A stretch of 64,000 bases of DNA from positions 8,122,001 to 8,186,000 of the forward strand of contig OZ024755.1 in assembly GCA_964016885.1 (NCBI GenBank), read 5' to 3'. Below the pieces are notes generated by a model. It made no database searches and was not told the DNA's origin. It saw only the letters and a program-made list of their open reading frames with translations. Made by a program: the position numbers and the translations under genes. Numbering within the stretch: the first letter of the stretch is position 1; the number at the start of each line of letters is the position of its first letter. This DNA comes from Eledone cirrhosa. Its lineage: Eukaryota. Positions 42,806-59,036 of this stretch are shown here, piece by piece.

Positions 42806-44984
42806 AATAAAATAATAAAATAATAAAATAATAAAAGAATATACTTCGCTATTTTTAGCCAAATCATCAACCATAGTATCCGACTGTATTTATTATATTC
42901 TGTATTCATTTTTTAGTAATGAATTTTCCGTAAACATGGCAGTAAGATTGTTTGCTTTCATTAGTTGAGTGATGACTCATTTATTGGTTACACTGTGAAT
43001 AAAACTGGAGATGACATATTTTCCTAATATACATATTAGATTAATACATCCTTCCGGCAATGTTTAGTTATATGATGTTTAGATCGGAAATTAATGAAAT
43101 ATTAAAAGGTGATTTGTTCTGAATTATACTGTAATTGAAATAAAATAACATATTCACAGTTGATATAAAGGTCTGCTTAGTTGTCATTCTTAATTAGAGA
43201 TTGCCAATGTATTTTTGTATTATATGAGTCACTAACATGTGCTCTGTAGTCAAAGAATCAAAGATTCAAAGAGATAATCACTTTTGTCGTGAGTTCATCT
43301 CACAGACAGAATGTCTTCAATATACGAGATGGAATCAAGTTTCCGGTCTGGTTTTGTAGTGTATAGCTTTAGTTCTGAACATCACTGCATTGTATATTAG
43401 TATATTTAGCATCTTTAGCAACTTTCAATACAGATAATTCAGCTTGTTTGTATCTCATATTTTTTGTATGTTACATTTGATGTCCTATTCTTGAATATAA
43501 AAATGTTGCCGTCTTATTTTGTATTATTTACAATGCTCTTCTGTTGTCCAATATACTATAAGATATCTACCTATAGTTACAATATGTACAATGTCTTCAT
43601 ACTGTTGCATTATTATCAAAGTCATGATCATCGCATCTTCCGTTTTTATGACACAGTGTATCTAAGGATGCAATATTCAATGGCTCTCTTTAGGTAACGC
43701 GGTAATACATAATTTGTGGGGATTTCATTGCTATTTTTAGAAGCGTAACCCGTTGTTTCGTTTCATGGGTGGAAAATGAAACTCAATGAATAACATTTAT
43801 CTACATCTTTTAACACATTTTTAATGAAAAACAACACACTTCTTAAACACATTCACACAGAGATATGAACGCCATCTTTCTTTAGACGAAGGTTTGCCTT
43901 AAAGACACTACAAACTATATTACTTGTTTTACTGTCCTCCATATCTTTACTTTAGCAATGATTCTATGGAAGTTGAAAATTTATAATCAATTAACTATAT
44001 TTCTATTGCAATATACAATAACTATGATCTTTTTACCAACATATTTTATTGAATAATTTTATTGAAATATACGCAACTCTTTAGGTCAAATCCATTTCAA
44101 AAGGAAATATAATTTAATAACATATAATTTTGTTATGAAATAATTAAATTATTCCTGCTATTAATTTTTGCAGATCTTATAAATTTATTATCATATATAT
44201 TTGGTTTTATTTGAAATTCTTTGAAATATAAACCTATCGGGGAAAGGTATATCAATTATATTTTTAATTATTTAATCTGTCCTCTTAATCAACTTCAACA
44301 ATATTTTTTCATATTCTATGGTTAACGGATTCAACTACAATTACATTTCTATTGAAACTGAGGGCGTTAGAGTTTGGATTAATTACTACTTGTGTATATA
44401 TGTGCAGTGAAATAGATGTTTTCACTAAACCATACAACATTGTTGAAAGAGATGTTACAGAACATTATTTCATAGAAAAATTGTATTTTATTTTTCAAAA
44501 ACGAAAGAATAAAATTAGCTTCGTTTTATTGGCAACCATTTTAATAAATATTTGATAAAACCCAAGCAGGTCGAAGATGAAAAGTTTAAATTAAGGAATA
44601 GAATTTCTAATAAATATCACTCGTCATAAATATTATAATCAAGCCTTCGTAAATATTTTGTCATTTTTATTAGAGAGAGAGGCATCCCATCCATCTGTAT
44701 ATGTCGATGGTGCTCGATAATTTTACAATTGACGTTGATTCTTTATAAGTAGGCTTGAATCAATTGCTGTACGTTTGAAGAATAGTTTAAATGTTATTTT
44801 TTCTTCTTCTTCAACAATACACATAATGATGTGAGATCAATTATTGATGATACAATCAATGGTTATAGAAAGTATAGGATATAATGGCAATCAACAACTA
44901 TATTTTCTGACATTCCTTCTTTACTATGCCTGACTGAGAATTATTTACACGACATTTACACTACATATTCAAAAGATATCTACG

Positions 44985-45205
44985 ACTTCTTTTATCAGCT
45001 TGCTACCTCCCAGCCCTACATTTTCAGTCTTCCTCTTCATAAAAATATATTTTTGCCATCACATAAACTTCATCAACATTTGCCTCTGTCGTCACATCAT
45101 TCTATTTGGTTTCGACTCTGATTCCACCTTTGAAGTATATAGTTGCAGGCCTTCTTCCACAACATGTTTCGTGAGCTTCCGATTTCGAATTGTTTCAAAG
45201 AACTG
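44985..45205 (-). mobile_element. Degenerate RTE-like LINE 3' end
   Basis: FFETIRNRKLTKHVVEEGLQLYTSKVESESKPNR resembles the RTE C-terminal pattern L..I..RKL..FGHV...L.G.VEG.R.RGR. Confidence 0.4.
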
Positions 45206-46984
45206 AAGTAGCGTCGTTCCAACTGGATGACTAATTGGAGACAGTAAATTCTTGAAGCGTTTCCTGTATTAATGCTGTTACAATATAGATCAATTCGATA
45301 TCTGTCACAGACAAAGGCACTTTAACATCTCTCCTATGATAGTTATCGAACTCCTTCAGCTTTATTATCGGCGTGACATTGTCATTAAACTGGTCGATTC
45401 CTAATGATGGCTCAGTAGTTATTTGGCGACGAATATTTCTTAGAAATATTGTGATTACAAAACAAACAATAGTCTCTACGACATACACAAATTCATCTAC
45501 TCCCTCCTACTGCCACCTACCTTATCAACAAATCATTCACCAAATTCCAACATATACTCTGTTTTCCAAAATTTACTAGGTACACTAAGTTACTCGATCG
45601 TCTCTGCTTGCAGTAAGTCAACTGAATATCTTTTCAATCGCATATTAGTTACACCAATCCTGCTGTCTGTCTCGAAATCTCCCTTACCCCGCGTACTGGA
45701 CTTTTGAAACTTTTCTTCACATTAAGGACAAAAACACTTGCATGCTCCTATCTTCCATGACGAGTACCTCTTAGCAATGAAACAAGTTATCATTTGTGCC
45801 AATATATTTGAACCTAATACCGTTACATTTCTGGTCTTTGCTGAACGTCTTTACTCTAAATTGTTTCTGATTCTGTGCTGATCTCTACCGACAGATGAAT
45901 GGGGTATCCTTGGACAGAAAGAGGATCTAATTAGACTAGCATCTATACAGGCTATGTTGAAAATTGGATTATCATCCAGGTTAAATCGATTATGTCGTCT
46001 TCAGTATTTAACTACTTTATTTTATCAATCCCGGAAGGAAGAAAAACAAAGTTAACTCTGGCGGGATGTAAACTCAGAATATAGAAATTCATAACTAAAT
46101 GTCACAAAACATTTTGTCCGACGCTCTACCGACAATGTCAATCAATCGCTACCAGAGTATTAACGGGAAAGTTAGTGACCAAATCATTACTCGTTCTTGG
46201 TCATATTCAAACTTAATTAAACATTTTAGGTAGTGTAATTCATTTAAAAAAATGACAACGAAAGAGTTAATGTATGTTGTTAATGAGTTGTTGTGACAGC
46301 TGTATTGTGGGTGAGCGATCTATGTAAATCGTTTTAAACTCTGAGAACACAAACGCAATGAATATAGGGATAGCCCCACCAGGTACACAAGCATGGTCTC
46401 TAAATCCAATAGATTTAGAGACTCATCAATCAACAGCACCAAATTTATTCGTATAGCATTTCAAATCCCCACCCCGACTCTCTCTCTCTCTTCTTTATTA
46501 TGAAATCTAATAAATGTTTCGAGTATTAGAACTTGAACTAGCGTATTGATAAGTATAATAACAGCTACGTCTGTCTTCTTTCCATGTAGACATTAACGTA
46601 TCTAAGAGAGACATAAAACTAACGTCTGGAACACGATCAAAATAACTGTCGAGGGAAAGGATAGAAGAGTCTATTCCCAGATATATTCACAATATCCATC
46701 TACTATTAGGTAATAAAAGTCACAGAGAGATTGGTAACAAGTAATAAACATTAAATAGTCGTTGAAATTAATATTTGTTTAAACACAATTGAAAGCTTTA
46801 TTCAAGGAACAGGAAAAATAAAAGGAAATAGAATGTAGAATATTGATTGTTATTCTTTTTAATTAAATATATATTTTATTGTTAACTCGATTATTTCTTT
46901 TATGGTGGCCTCTCTTGAACCGAAAATAAATGTTTATATAGGATGTTACTTCTTCGAAGAAATGTCTTGTCTGTTTTTAACGTA

Positions 46985-48235
<1,251 letters not shown>

Positions 48236-48551
48236 TTGGGGTGTGTATATATGTATACGTACATAAATGGAGAGCCAACAATAGATTTACAAGACGAAAA
48301 TCGATACGTAGGTAAAGACATAAATGCAGAGAGGGTAATTGATATCGACAAACATAATTATAATCGATTTTATATATTTATTACAAGAGACTAGTATTAT
48401 TGACATGAATATCATTATTATAGGTGAATAGCAGTAAAAAATATCTATATCGATATAATGATACACATTGTCACATTAACGTATACGACAACATATATAA
48501 ACACAAACACAGACATACACCCAAAGACACTCTCTGTCACACACAGGCACA

Positions 48552-48631
<80 letters not shown>

Positions 48632-48784
48632 CATATATATATACATATATATATATATACATATATACATATACATATATATATACATATATATATATAC
48701 ATATATATATACATATATATATACATATATATATACATATATATATACATATATATATATACATATATATATATACATATATAC

Positions 48785-48827
<43 letters not shown>

Positions 48828-48847
48828 TATATACATATATATATATA

Positions 48848-49408
48848 TGGTGGCTGCCAACTCGTTTTCGAGTACGGCCACTACTTTATATCCATGTAGG
48901 AGAACCCCTACCGATGCGCTGAACGAGTGTGACTTTTTAGTCCAGTCAGCGACTTGAAAACTCTGGTACAAACACTACACTTGTGACAATTATTGACACA
49001 TAGTGCTGGGCCCATGGTACCATGTGACGGCAAGTGCAGAGAGATCTCCAGATATAAAGCAATGCCTGTGCCGTGAAGCTTTTATAGTGAGCAAAGGCAC
49101 TGCACAAAGCCAGTCCCACTCTCTTAACCAAGATGATATTTACCAAAAAGAAGAACAAGTCAACATCATTGGATACCATCAGGGTTGCAGGTGTTATATC
49201 AGAGTTTTCCTTCTCCTAGAATTCTGCCTTGACAAAGGCTAAGGGGTCATCTCTCCCAGTGATTTTGGATGGCCATTGACTCTTAAGAGCTCCTTTGCCC
49301 TTTGACAGGTTTTGTTTTTAGTCCTGCAGGATGTCCAAAGTCACCCTCCTCACCAAGAAACCTTAGTGGGGTTGCCAGTTTAGTCGCCAACGACCCGACC
49401 ATGAGACA
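48848..49408 (-). mobile_element. RTE-related non-autonomous element, about 560 bp, inside (TA)/(TATACA)n
   Basis: Minus strand has gcctttgtcaaggcagaattctaggagaaggaaaactc (RTE 5'-like) and ends ctcgaaaacgagttggcagccacca. Homologous to 41949-42258. Confidence 0.6.
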
Positions 49409-49655
49409 TATATATATATACATATATATATACATATATATATACATATATATATACATATATATATACATATACATATATACATATATATATATATACA
49501 TATATATATACATATATATATACATATATACATATATATATATATACATATATACATATATCTATATATATATACATATATATATATACATATATATATA
49601 TACATATATATATATACACATATATACACACACATACATATATACACACACACAC

Positions 49656-49686
<31 letters not shown>

Positions 49687-49761
49687 CATATATATATATA
49701 TAAATACATATTTATATGTATTTATATATATAAGCATAGGTTTCTCTCTCCCTTCTCTCTT

Positions 49762-49803
<42 letters not shown>

Positions 49804-49886
49804 TCTGTATTTATACATGCGTTTGTGTTTTTGCGTATGTACACACATATATATATATATATATATTTGTGTACACACATACATAC

Positions 49887-49993
<107 letters not shown>

Positions 49994-50454
49994 CACACAC
50001 ATACATATATATATATATGTATGTGTGTACGTATATAATTTTATTTCATTAATGGTTACAGTAATTGAGGTGCGGTCAAGTTGAAGTGCCATCTTCATGT
50101 GTTCGAGTCAAATATATCGAGGCCCATAATCATTTTATGTGGTTAATGAAGGAAGTCAATGTTTACAATGACTTAAATGGGACATTGCCGAAGCAGCATA
50201 TATATTAACAATTCTTCAGAAAGAGAACATTATAGAAATTGTTTAGTCATATAAAATCATTATACAATATGTTTAATAATTTTATAGTTAGTCTTGCCAT
50301 GTTATGATAACTCCCTGGATAGATCACAGATTTAGCTTGAGAAGGTTACTATCTTCCGACTGCTTTCACCTTCCTGAGAATGCTCAATGTTTGCTTAAAT
50401 TAACTCTCAACTGATGCAGCTAAAAAAAATAAGATAATAGGTATCCAGGATAAA

Positions 50455-50960
50455 TAATTGTTTCTACTTTTGGCACAAGGCCAGCAATTATTCCAGTTCA
50501 TTACTGCTACTTTATTTTATCGACCCCGTAAGGATGAAAGGCAAAGTTAACCTCGGCGAGATTTGAACTCGGACCATAAAGGGGCGTAACTCTATGCTAC
50601 AAAGCTTGGCATCCGACCTTCTATCGATACTGCCAATCCCCCGCCAATAGATAAATAAAAACGTGGAAAATTGGGTAAATTGCTTCAAGGGATCAAACAT
50701 TACATTGCTGTGATCAAACATTACATAGCAAGTCGTTGGCTACAGATTGCCGTCATTTTAGAGATTTTAAGCCTGTCACTCGGTACTGGTAGTTTATTCT
50801 AAATCGACCCCAGTGCATTACTGGTACTTTATTTTATCGATTCAGTAAGGATGAAAGGCAAAGCTTACAACAGTGAGATTTGAACTCAGAACGTAAAGAA
50901 ACGTAACTCTATGTCACACAGTATTTTGTCCGATGCTCTACCGATACTGCCAATCCACCA
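50455..50960 (-). mobile_element. Two SINE family 1 copies (about 50455-50645 and 50800-50960)
   Basis: Match the family 1 consensus. Confidence 0.85.
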
Positions 50961-51939
50961 TTAATGATAACGCTCTGCTTTATTAAATCAGCATTGTATA
51001 TTAAATCAGCTTTCGCTGTTCAATATAGTGTCATGTACATACACATATATATATACATAGATACACATATATATTTATGTGCACCCCCATTATACTCACA
51101 CAAACACAAAAGCATACACACTCAGACACATATATATATGCATATTTATACACACCGAAACACACAGACACACACACATATATATACATAATTATATATT
51201 TATATATATACATATATAACTAATATTTGTTGTTCAGTTTCTGTGAATGGCAGAGATGTCTTGCGAGAAATATATTCTTTCATTAATTAAATAAAACACA
51301 CCAAATTATTTTCTCTTAATAATTATGAAATGTAATTACCATTCAACTATATTGCAGCATTTCCTCTCCTAATGTTCGTAGACAGACTATTTCAACAAGT
51401 TTGTATCTCTTCGGTACGAAATAATTAAAATACATTAATGATATTACACTTGTTAAGAATTGAGAAAAAGAAAACTGTAAACTGATAAAGATAGGTGAAA
51501 ATATTTGATGGAAAATAATATGGTTCATAGTTCATTTCAAATCAAGTCGAAAAGAGAACAAATTTATGTTGGCATGTAGAATTTCAATGCATCTTCTCTA
51601 TCCTGGTGAGAACTTTAAGGAAATATTTGACAATCATGGTTCTCACTTCGGATCTGGCAACAACACAGCAGTTAACATCGCACTGGCACGAGAGGGAATA
51701 GGAGAAACTAACTGAACATATATAGATCTTTTATAAAAAGATATACTGGCATATCTTAAGATTAACTGAGCCTGCATTGAAATGTTTTCTGACAAAATTC
51801 TTATGAAAACCTCTAAGGGAAATTCTAATAAAACCTCTGTAGGGATCTTATGAATGGAGACATGCAGTTAAACGTGTGATTATTGATTTGAGAAAATGTG
51901 AAAATAATTTGCGATAAATACACGCATACGTACCCCACC

Positions 51940-51993
<54 letters not shown>

Positions 51994-52375
51994 AAGAGAG
52001 GATAAGACATCGATAATGGATATACTTATATATGTGAGAAAATTAAATGAATAAACACAGGGAAACGATACAATACAATGAAGATATATATTAGCTTAAT
52101 GCTTCCTATATAAACTGAACGTAAATAAATCAATACCTAAACTCGCTAAGCACAAACCCAAGCAGCTGCAAGCCATAAGTCTAAACCTAATACCAACCAT
52201 ATTGTACACAAGGCATAAATTAAAACCATTCATGCCCTTAAAAAACTATACCCAAACTACACTAATTAGCGGCCTAATTACTGTTATGGAGGCGACAGGC
52301 ATCATCATGCACCAGCTGTTTATAACCTAATATATTTTAAATCAGTAATCACAGTATATATATATATATATATAG

Positions 52376-52599
52376 TAAAATAACAGATTAAAGTTTAAGC
52401 AAAGCATCGCTGCTTTCACCCTTAACGGGATCTTTTGAAACGCAGAAGATCCCGTTAAGGGTGAAAGCAGCGATTCTTTGCTTAAAATTTAATCTGTTAT
52501 TTTAATAAATATTTGCTGCACGGTTTTACATATTTTATATATACATTATGCTTATCGAGCCCTCTTCGGATTTTAGTCGTCACATTTATTATTATTACT
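52376..52599 (+). mobile_element. Penelope-like family B with 62-bp inverted arms; variant HHR on both strands
   Basis: Arms at 52376-52437 and 52443-52504 with a 5-nt spacer. Plus arm cagaagatcccgttaagggtgaaagcagcgattctttgctt, followed by the family B tail. Confidence 0.65.
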
Positions 52600-53328
52600 C
52601 TCTCTCTATATATATATATGTATATATGTAATTTGAAGGTTGAAACAAACGCACAATATTAGTGTGTATGGTAATTTGTAAGAAAAAAATATCTATGTTT
52701 ACTGGTTTCAACAACAAAGTCACCGTTGTTCTAATTAATGATAATTTATTCCCTGCAGGTATATTAACAATTAACCTGTATTTTTGTTGGAGATTCTAGA
52801 AAAACAAGTTGGAAAATTTAAAATTCACAACACTCGTTATTTTGCAGCATGGCAGCGACAATGTCTTTTTTTTAAATTATTTTTCGAGATATTTATAATT
52901 GTTTTATTCATATTTTTTTTGTTTGTTCTTTTATTCAACAACATCTGTAAAGGTTTGTTTGCGTCTCTAGCCAGGAATCTCTCTGTTGGAAAACAGGAAA
53001 TAAGATAGAATGGTAATTGCATTGGAACATTTTTCGATACGTATTTGAAGCGTTGCATTGGGTTTTCACATTGAAATCTTGCTGCGATCTTCAGAATTAT
53101 TGGTGAAAAATATTCTAGCCTGCAGAAAAAACATAAAATCTATATCTGAAACCGTATTATTCGAACGTAAGTTTATGATAAATATAAGCAAAGTACTATT
53201 ATAATATTTGAAACTTCGCTTGGATGAACTTCACTGAATTCCAGGATATATTTTAGAAACAGATGTTGCGCAGCTGTTATTTTGTTAAAATGCATGCGCA
53301 TATATGAATACATTATATCTATCTATCA

Positions 53329-53452
<124 letters not shown>

Positions 53453-54044
53453 ATAGGGATAGAGTGAAAGAGAGTGAATATGCGAGGAATAGGTGCATAT
53501 TAATAATATTTTTATTAGTCAATATATAATATATACGACTATAGCAGTCTCTGCCTCTCTACCCTTTATATATATATATATATATACATATATAGATAGA
53601 TGTATGTATGTATGTGTATGGTTTGATTACGTTCATAAAATTTGATCAATATTTGCCGTTCCACGCCTTGAAGGTTTCTATTTAAAATAAGATATACATG
53701 ATATATTATTCCTTCTGTAGTCATATACGCGTCAACGAGGACATGTTTTAGCTGCTAGAAATAGCTACACCTCTAACATAATTCTTTTTCTTCTTCGTCT
53801 TTTTCGTCTTTTAGATATGATAACTTATTTCCACACAGTAATTCAAATCATGGCTCAATATTCGTCTGTGCTGGTCACAAGTCTTCTCCGTGAGCCCACA
53901 CCAAAAAAATATTTATGCGATCTCCGGAGATCGACCCCGAGTCTACTGAATTACAACACCGAGTTTTATTTTAATGTCACATTTTATCCATAAGCTTCAG
54001 GTCATGTAGAACATCAAACTAAAGCATATGCCATATATCAACCA

Positions 54045-54135
54045 GCCAGTTCAAGAGACCCTATAACTTCCCGTGCGACGCTCAAACTACCTCTGCTAGT
54101 TCAAAAGACCCTACAACTTCACGTGCGACGCTCAA
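54045..54135. repeat. Tandem duplication, 50-bp period x 2
   Basis: gccagttcaagagaccctataacttcccgtgcgacgctcaa at 54045 and gctagttcaaaagaccctacaacttcacgtgcgacgctcaa at 54095. Confidence 0.85.
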
Positions 54136-57100
54136 CATCCCCCTTATATAACTATGTAAAATAATATAATATCTATCAAGTTCCTTACAAACCAAATTGG
54201 TTACCAAATTAAAACAAAATATTTGAAAAAAAAAAAAAATCCTTTTTCTATATCACAGATAGTTTTATTCTATTTTAAAAGAAATGTTAGTATTTTTCAA
54301 GAATTTCTATTAAGCTTTCCGGGAATCAATAATGTTCGAAGCCATTTTAACAATTTCTCTAAATACTTATTATTTACATTATATTTAGTAGATTTTATTT
54401 TTAATCAATTCTATCCCAGAGGTTATTTCTGTCAAGAATAACGTCTTCTATAAGTTTATAACTTTTTTTTTTTAGAGATTCCAAGATGGATTTACTATTT
54501 TTCTTTTCCACGTGTTCTGAACTTTAATAGTAATGTTTCTTGGCAATTCGTTTTACATAAGAAAAAGTTCTTAAAATAATATAAAAAGATCGATTTAAGA
54601 AACAGAAATAAAAGAAGAATGACTTACATTTATTGATGTGATTTGGACTTTATCATCAGTAGTGGGATTATGTCTACGACATATATTTAATAGATACACC
54701 ATCCCACCGTTAAGAAATCATTAAAAGTTACTTTTTTATCTCCACAATGTAACGGCTTTTTTAACACTAGATGAATTGAAGTTAGTGTTTTGGAGTCACG
54801 ATCAAAACGTCGTGGGTTTGTCGGTTCGATTCTTTGACGTGGAAGTATGTCGTTTTCTTGAGCAGGACGCTTCGTTTCGCGTAGCTTTCCCCAGTAGAAC
54901 TGAGGCCACTTTCATTAAAATAATCATAAAAACTCCTATGAAATTCAACCCATTAGGATCCCTGCAATAACTACGTAGGTGTGAACTGCACATTTCGTCT
55001 TTTTTTTCACGCGAGATTAGGGATAACTTGGTATTATGTACTATGCTTTCGTTAATGGTTTCAAAGTGATCTGTATGGTTATGAGCAGACACAGACACAC
55101 TTTTGATCCTTGCACCATTAATAAAGCAAAACATCCAAGATGCGACAGCTAGAAAGACTACGGGCTGCACCAACACTGGACTGATATTTCCTTAATAAAC
55201 TCCGAAAGGAGGACAATCAAAATGAACCTCAGTGGTAGTTAAACACACCTGAAAGAATGTCTTGCCATTTATTTTCCTGCTATTACCATTCTGCATTCAA
55301 ATCCGGCTATAGTATGCCTGAAAGGTAGAATTAATCCGTTGTGCGTTTCAACACCTTAGATTGGACCTTGGTTGCCACCAGCAGAATCTATTTTGGTGCA
55401 AGCATTCGGGCCAGGATATAGATAATAACATAAACGAACCCGTATTGATAATGTCTTTATTTATACGACCAACGTTCCGTGATTGCTGTCTTTGTGAACT
55501 TCTATCTATTATTTTTTTCGATGGCAGCGAAAAATATCTCGGTCTTTTGTTGTTTGTTTGGAGTCAGACTGGAGATATATCATGTCAGTTCACTCAGTAT
55601 GTTATTTATTCAGCTAAGATATCACAGTCAGATATATACGTCTTCCGCTACAGTTCTCTAATTGATTGATTCTACTAAGACTGAGACTGCAGATTATTAA
55701 GTGAACTATAAGGAAATCAAACGAAATAGATGCAGTAAATATTGCGTTAAAGCTTCTGAGAAACTAAAAACAGAGAACAGCTAAAAAACAAAATTAATTT
55801 CTAAAGTCATTTTTTGTTAATGAAGCAGCATATCCATTTTGAAGTCGATCATTAATTAGATTATCTGGCATCAGTAGATCGAAGGTTATAAAGTTTGTAG
55901 ATAGAGCATTTTTTAAAAACTACATTCTGCGATTATTTATAATCTGAGATCATTTCCTTTGGTTGAATTTAAATTTCCAGCATTTTTAATTTCGATAATC
56001 TCCTTGATTTTATTTCTTTGTATAAAAACAAATATTCGGTTTAAAATTTGTCACAATTTTCCGTCTTTAATGCAGACATGTAAAATTCACTAAATCTGTA
56101 CATATTTATATTTATATTTCCAGATCTGAGGCCTCCCCATATCTGTTGAGAGTAACAGATTTGAACAGGAAGTTTTATAGAGGATTGGTTTTTACCCATG
56201 CATACAATGCTTCCATCTCCACATTAACGATGTCATCAGGACAAAGACCAATGCATCTAAGCACCAGTTTCTTGGCAGCCGAACTCAAAACATGAGCTGA
56301 ATGTGATATCTGAAATTTCCACTAATTTACTGCCCTGGACTTCATTTATCGATCCGGAATTGACGAAAGGAAAAGTTGATTTCAAGATATTTGACACTTT
56401 ATGGACTCTAACGATTCACATCTTGTATTAATGCGGTTTTAAAAGTAGAACAGGATTTACGGGTTTTAAACGTAGCACCAGATTGGTGGTTAGGTCTTAT
56501 GCCATTACTGTTGAAGTTCTTAAATGTAATCTGAGAGTTTCTTCTCTCGTACATCTCACCTATGGAATTTTCTTTCGGCTTCTTGCTTTCCTAACCACTA
56601 GAATTAGCAAACATTCAAAAGCAACACTAATAATCAGCTTCTCACTCCTTTATTTATATTTTCTCTGTTTTCATTTCCCCTTCTCAGTAACTTCTTGCAT
56701 TTTAGTAGCTTTATTGCCTTGCTTGTGGTGAGTAAAGAAAAACATTTATAAGGATAATCTATTGCAAAATAGTTAGTGTTTGACAAAATAGCAGACTGGT
56801 TTTAGTTACACCTCATTACCCTCTGATTTTGTATTCGACCAAAGTGAACTTGCCCTTTTATCCTTCAGGAGTCTGTAGAGTAAATTGCATTCAGGAACTG
56901 GAGGGGGAGGTTCTGAATAGATTATATCCTCCTTGAAATATTGAAGTCTTGTGCCTGTGTTATACATCTATTTTAATTCACTTATTTTTCTCATTTCATC
57001 ACTTGTTTAAACTATTACTGAACTAGTGAACCATTGTGAACCATTAAATATATAGAATTCTAATTATTTCATTTATTTATCAATTTATTTACTTTCATAT

Positions 57101-57369
57101 ATATCTCTATATCTTTATTAAATATAATAGCCTATTCCTCCCCCGTTTCTTAATATTTATGATCTATAGCTACATTAATTCAAAATAATAAATACAAAAC
57201 AGCAAAAAAGCAAAGAAAACATCGGAGGTGAAATAAAACATAAAACAAATATCAAAAAGCAAACAAATATTATAATTTATTGCTTCGATTAAGTCTTAAT
57301 TTAACCTATAAAAGATAAGATCAAATTATTATTTGTATTTCTTTTATTTCTATAATTTAAATTACACTC

Positions 57370-57982
57370 AAGCCTATCATTTGGAAGATTTTTCAGAATG
57401 TCGAATAATATGCTAAGCGGAATACTTTACTTCTTTCTGCGCATTGAATTCAAACCCTACGGAGCTCAAATTTGTATTTTATCATTTCAGGTCGATAAAT
57501 AAAGTACCAGTCCGGTACTTGATCGATTTTCCCTCCATCTCTCTTTTTATTCCCTCTTTCGCTGAAGTATACCAAATGTGTTCAACTCAGGGGTGCTTTT
57601 CAGCGGGTTTAATGAATCGACTCCAGCACTAGACTGGCTAAAAGGTTCGCTTTGAAACCATTAGTTCGAGGGCTCGATTCCAATACGTGGTGTCTTAGAA
57701 AGGGCCATTTAAATATATATGGCTTTCTGTTTAGAATATTCGGGTCACAATCTTAAGGTTGTGATTTCGATTCCCGGCGGCACGTTATGTCCTTGAGTAA
57801 GACGCTTTATTTCACCTTCCTCAAGTTCACTCAGGTGGCAAAATTGAGTTGTACCTGTAATTCGAAGGGCCAACCATTTCACATTCTGTATCATGTTAAA
57901 TCTCTTTGAGTCGACCTCGGCGGCATTTGAACGCAGAGAGCCGCAAAACAGTCTATCCGACGTTCTAACAATTCGCTGCCTT
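57370..57982. mobile_element. Cluster of degenerate SINE fragments
   Basis: Several box B-like motifs and family 1/2 segments on both strands. Confidence 0.6.
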
Positions 57983-57996
57983 AATATATATATATA

Positions 57997-58280
57997 TAAG
58001 TTTATCCCATGTTCAATCAGGGGTAACCACAGTAAGTAAGGTACTCAATACATAGCAGAGTATAAATATTCAATATCATCATCATCATCATTCGTCGACT
58101 ACTGTCGAGATGATGGATCTCACTCTCATGCCCCAGAATTCCCTGTCCCCCATCGCTGCCCCCAGGTCCCGTCTACTGATTCCCGTATCCCTAGAGATAA
58201 CGTCAGGGAATGACAGCTTCAATATAGAAATGGCTTCTACAGTGAATGAAACAGTTCTAGTCCCGTAGAAGACATTTCTT
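57997..58280 (-). mobile_element. Penelope-like family C remnant interrupted by an RTE insertion
   Basis: 57997-58076 plus 58226-58240 match 16862-16958. An inverted arm carrying gaatgaaacagttctagtc lies at 58244-58279. Confidence 0.55.
58077..58217 (-). mobile_element. 5'-truncated RTE LINE 3' end with (GAT)n tail and 8-bp TSD
   Basis: Minus strand KLSFPDVISRDTGISRRDLGAAMGDREFWGMRVRSIISTVVDE* then (gat)n. ttcaatat occurs at 58069-58076 and 58218-58225. Confidence 0.85.
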
Positions 58281-58314
<34 letters not shown>

Positions 58315-58797
58315 AAGTTACCACGTATTGGGATTGAACCCACACATGAATGATTGTAAAGCGAATTTTTTATCTGTTCGGCCAACTTGCGCCTCCCTCC
58401 AACAGTATAACTAGTACTGTGTTGTTATAATAAATAAGTAAACAACAATATAGACCCGTATATACAATGCATGAAGAAAGCCATCACTTTGTAACTAGTA
58501 TTGCAATGTTTTAGTAAATAACGGAGCAACAGTAGATACAACAGTTGCTGCGATGTCCAACGAGCCAACTTATAGCTACCAGATAATTATGAAACTTTCA
58601 ATTAGTTGCCAACTAAGACGGTGCAATCATCTGGAAAATGATATACTTGACGATATTAAAAGACTGATTAGAAGAAGAAGAAAAATAGAATAAAAGATTG
58701 ATTGTGGAGATGAAAGTCGGGAATGAAAGCATGAGGCGAGTGAATGTGATAGATAAATATATAGAGACGGACATATATATATATATATATATATATA

Positions 58798-58862
<65 letters not shown>

Positions 58863-59001
58863 GTGGAGGTGTGTATGAAGTATTGACGAATGAGTGGAGG
58901 AAAAGGAATAAGAAGACGAGAAAGAACTAGAAAGTGTACAAGGAAGAGGAGGGGGAGGCAGAGGAAGGGGAGAGTAGTAGTAGAAGCAATAATAATAATA
59001 A

Positions 59002-59036
<35 letters not shown>

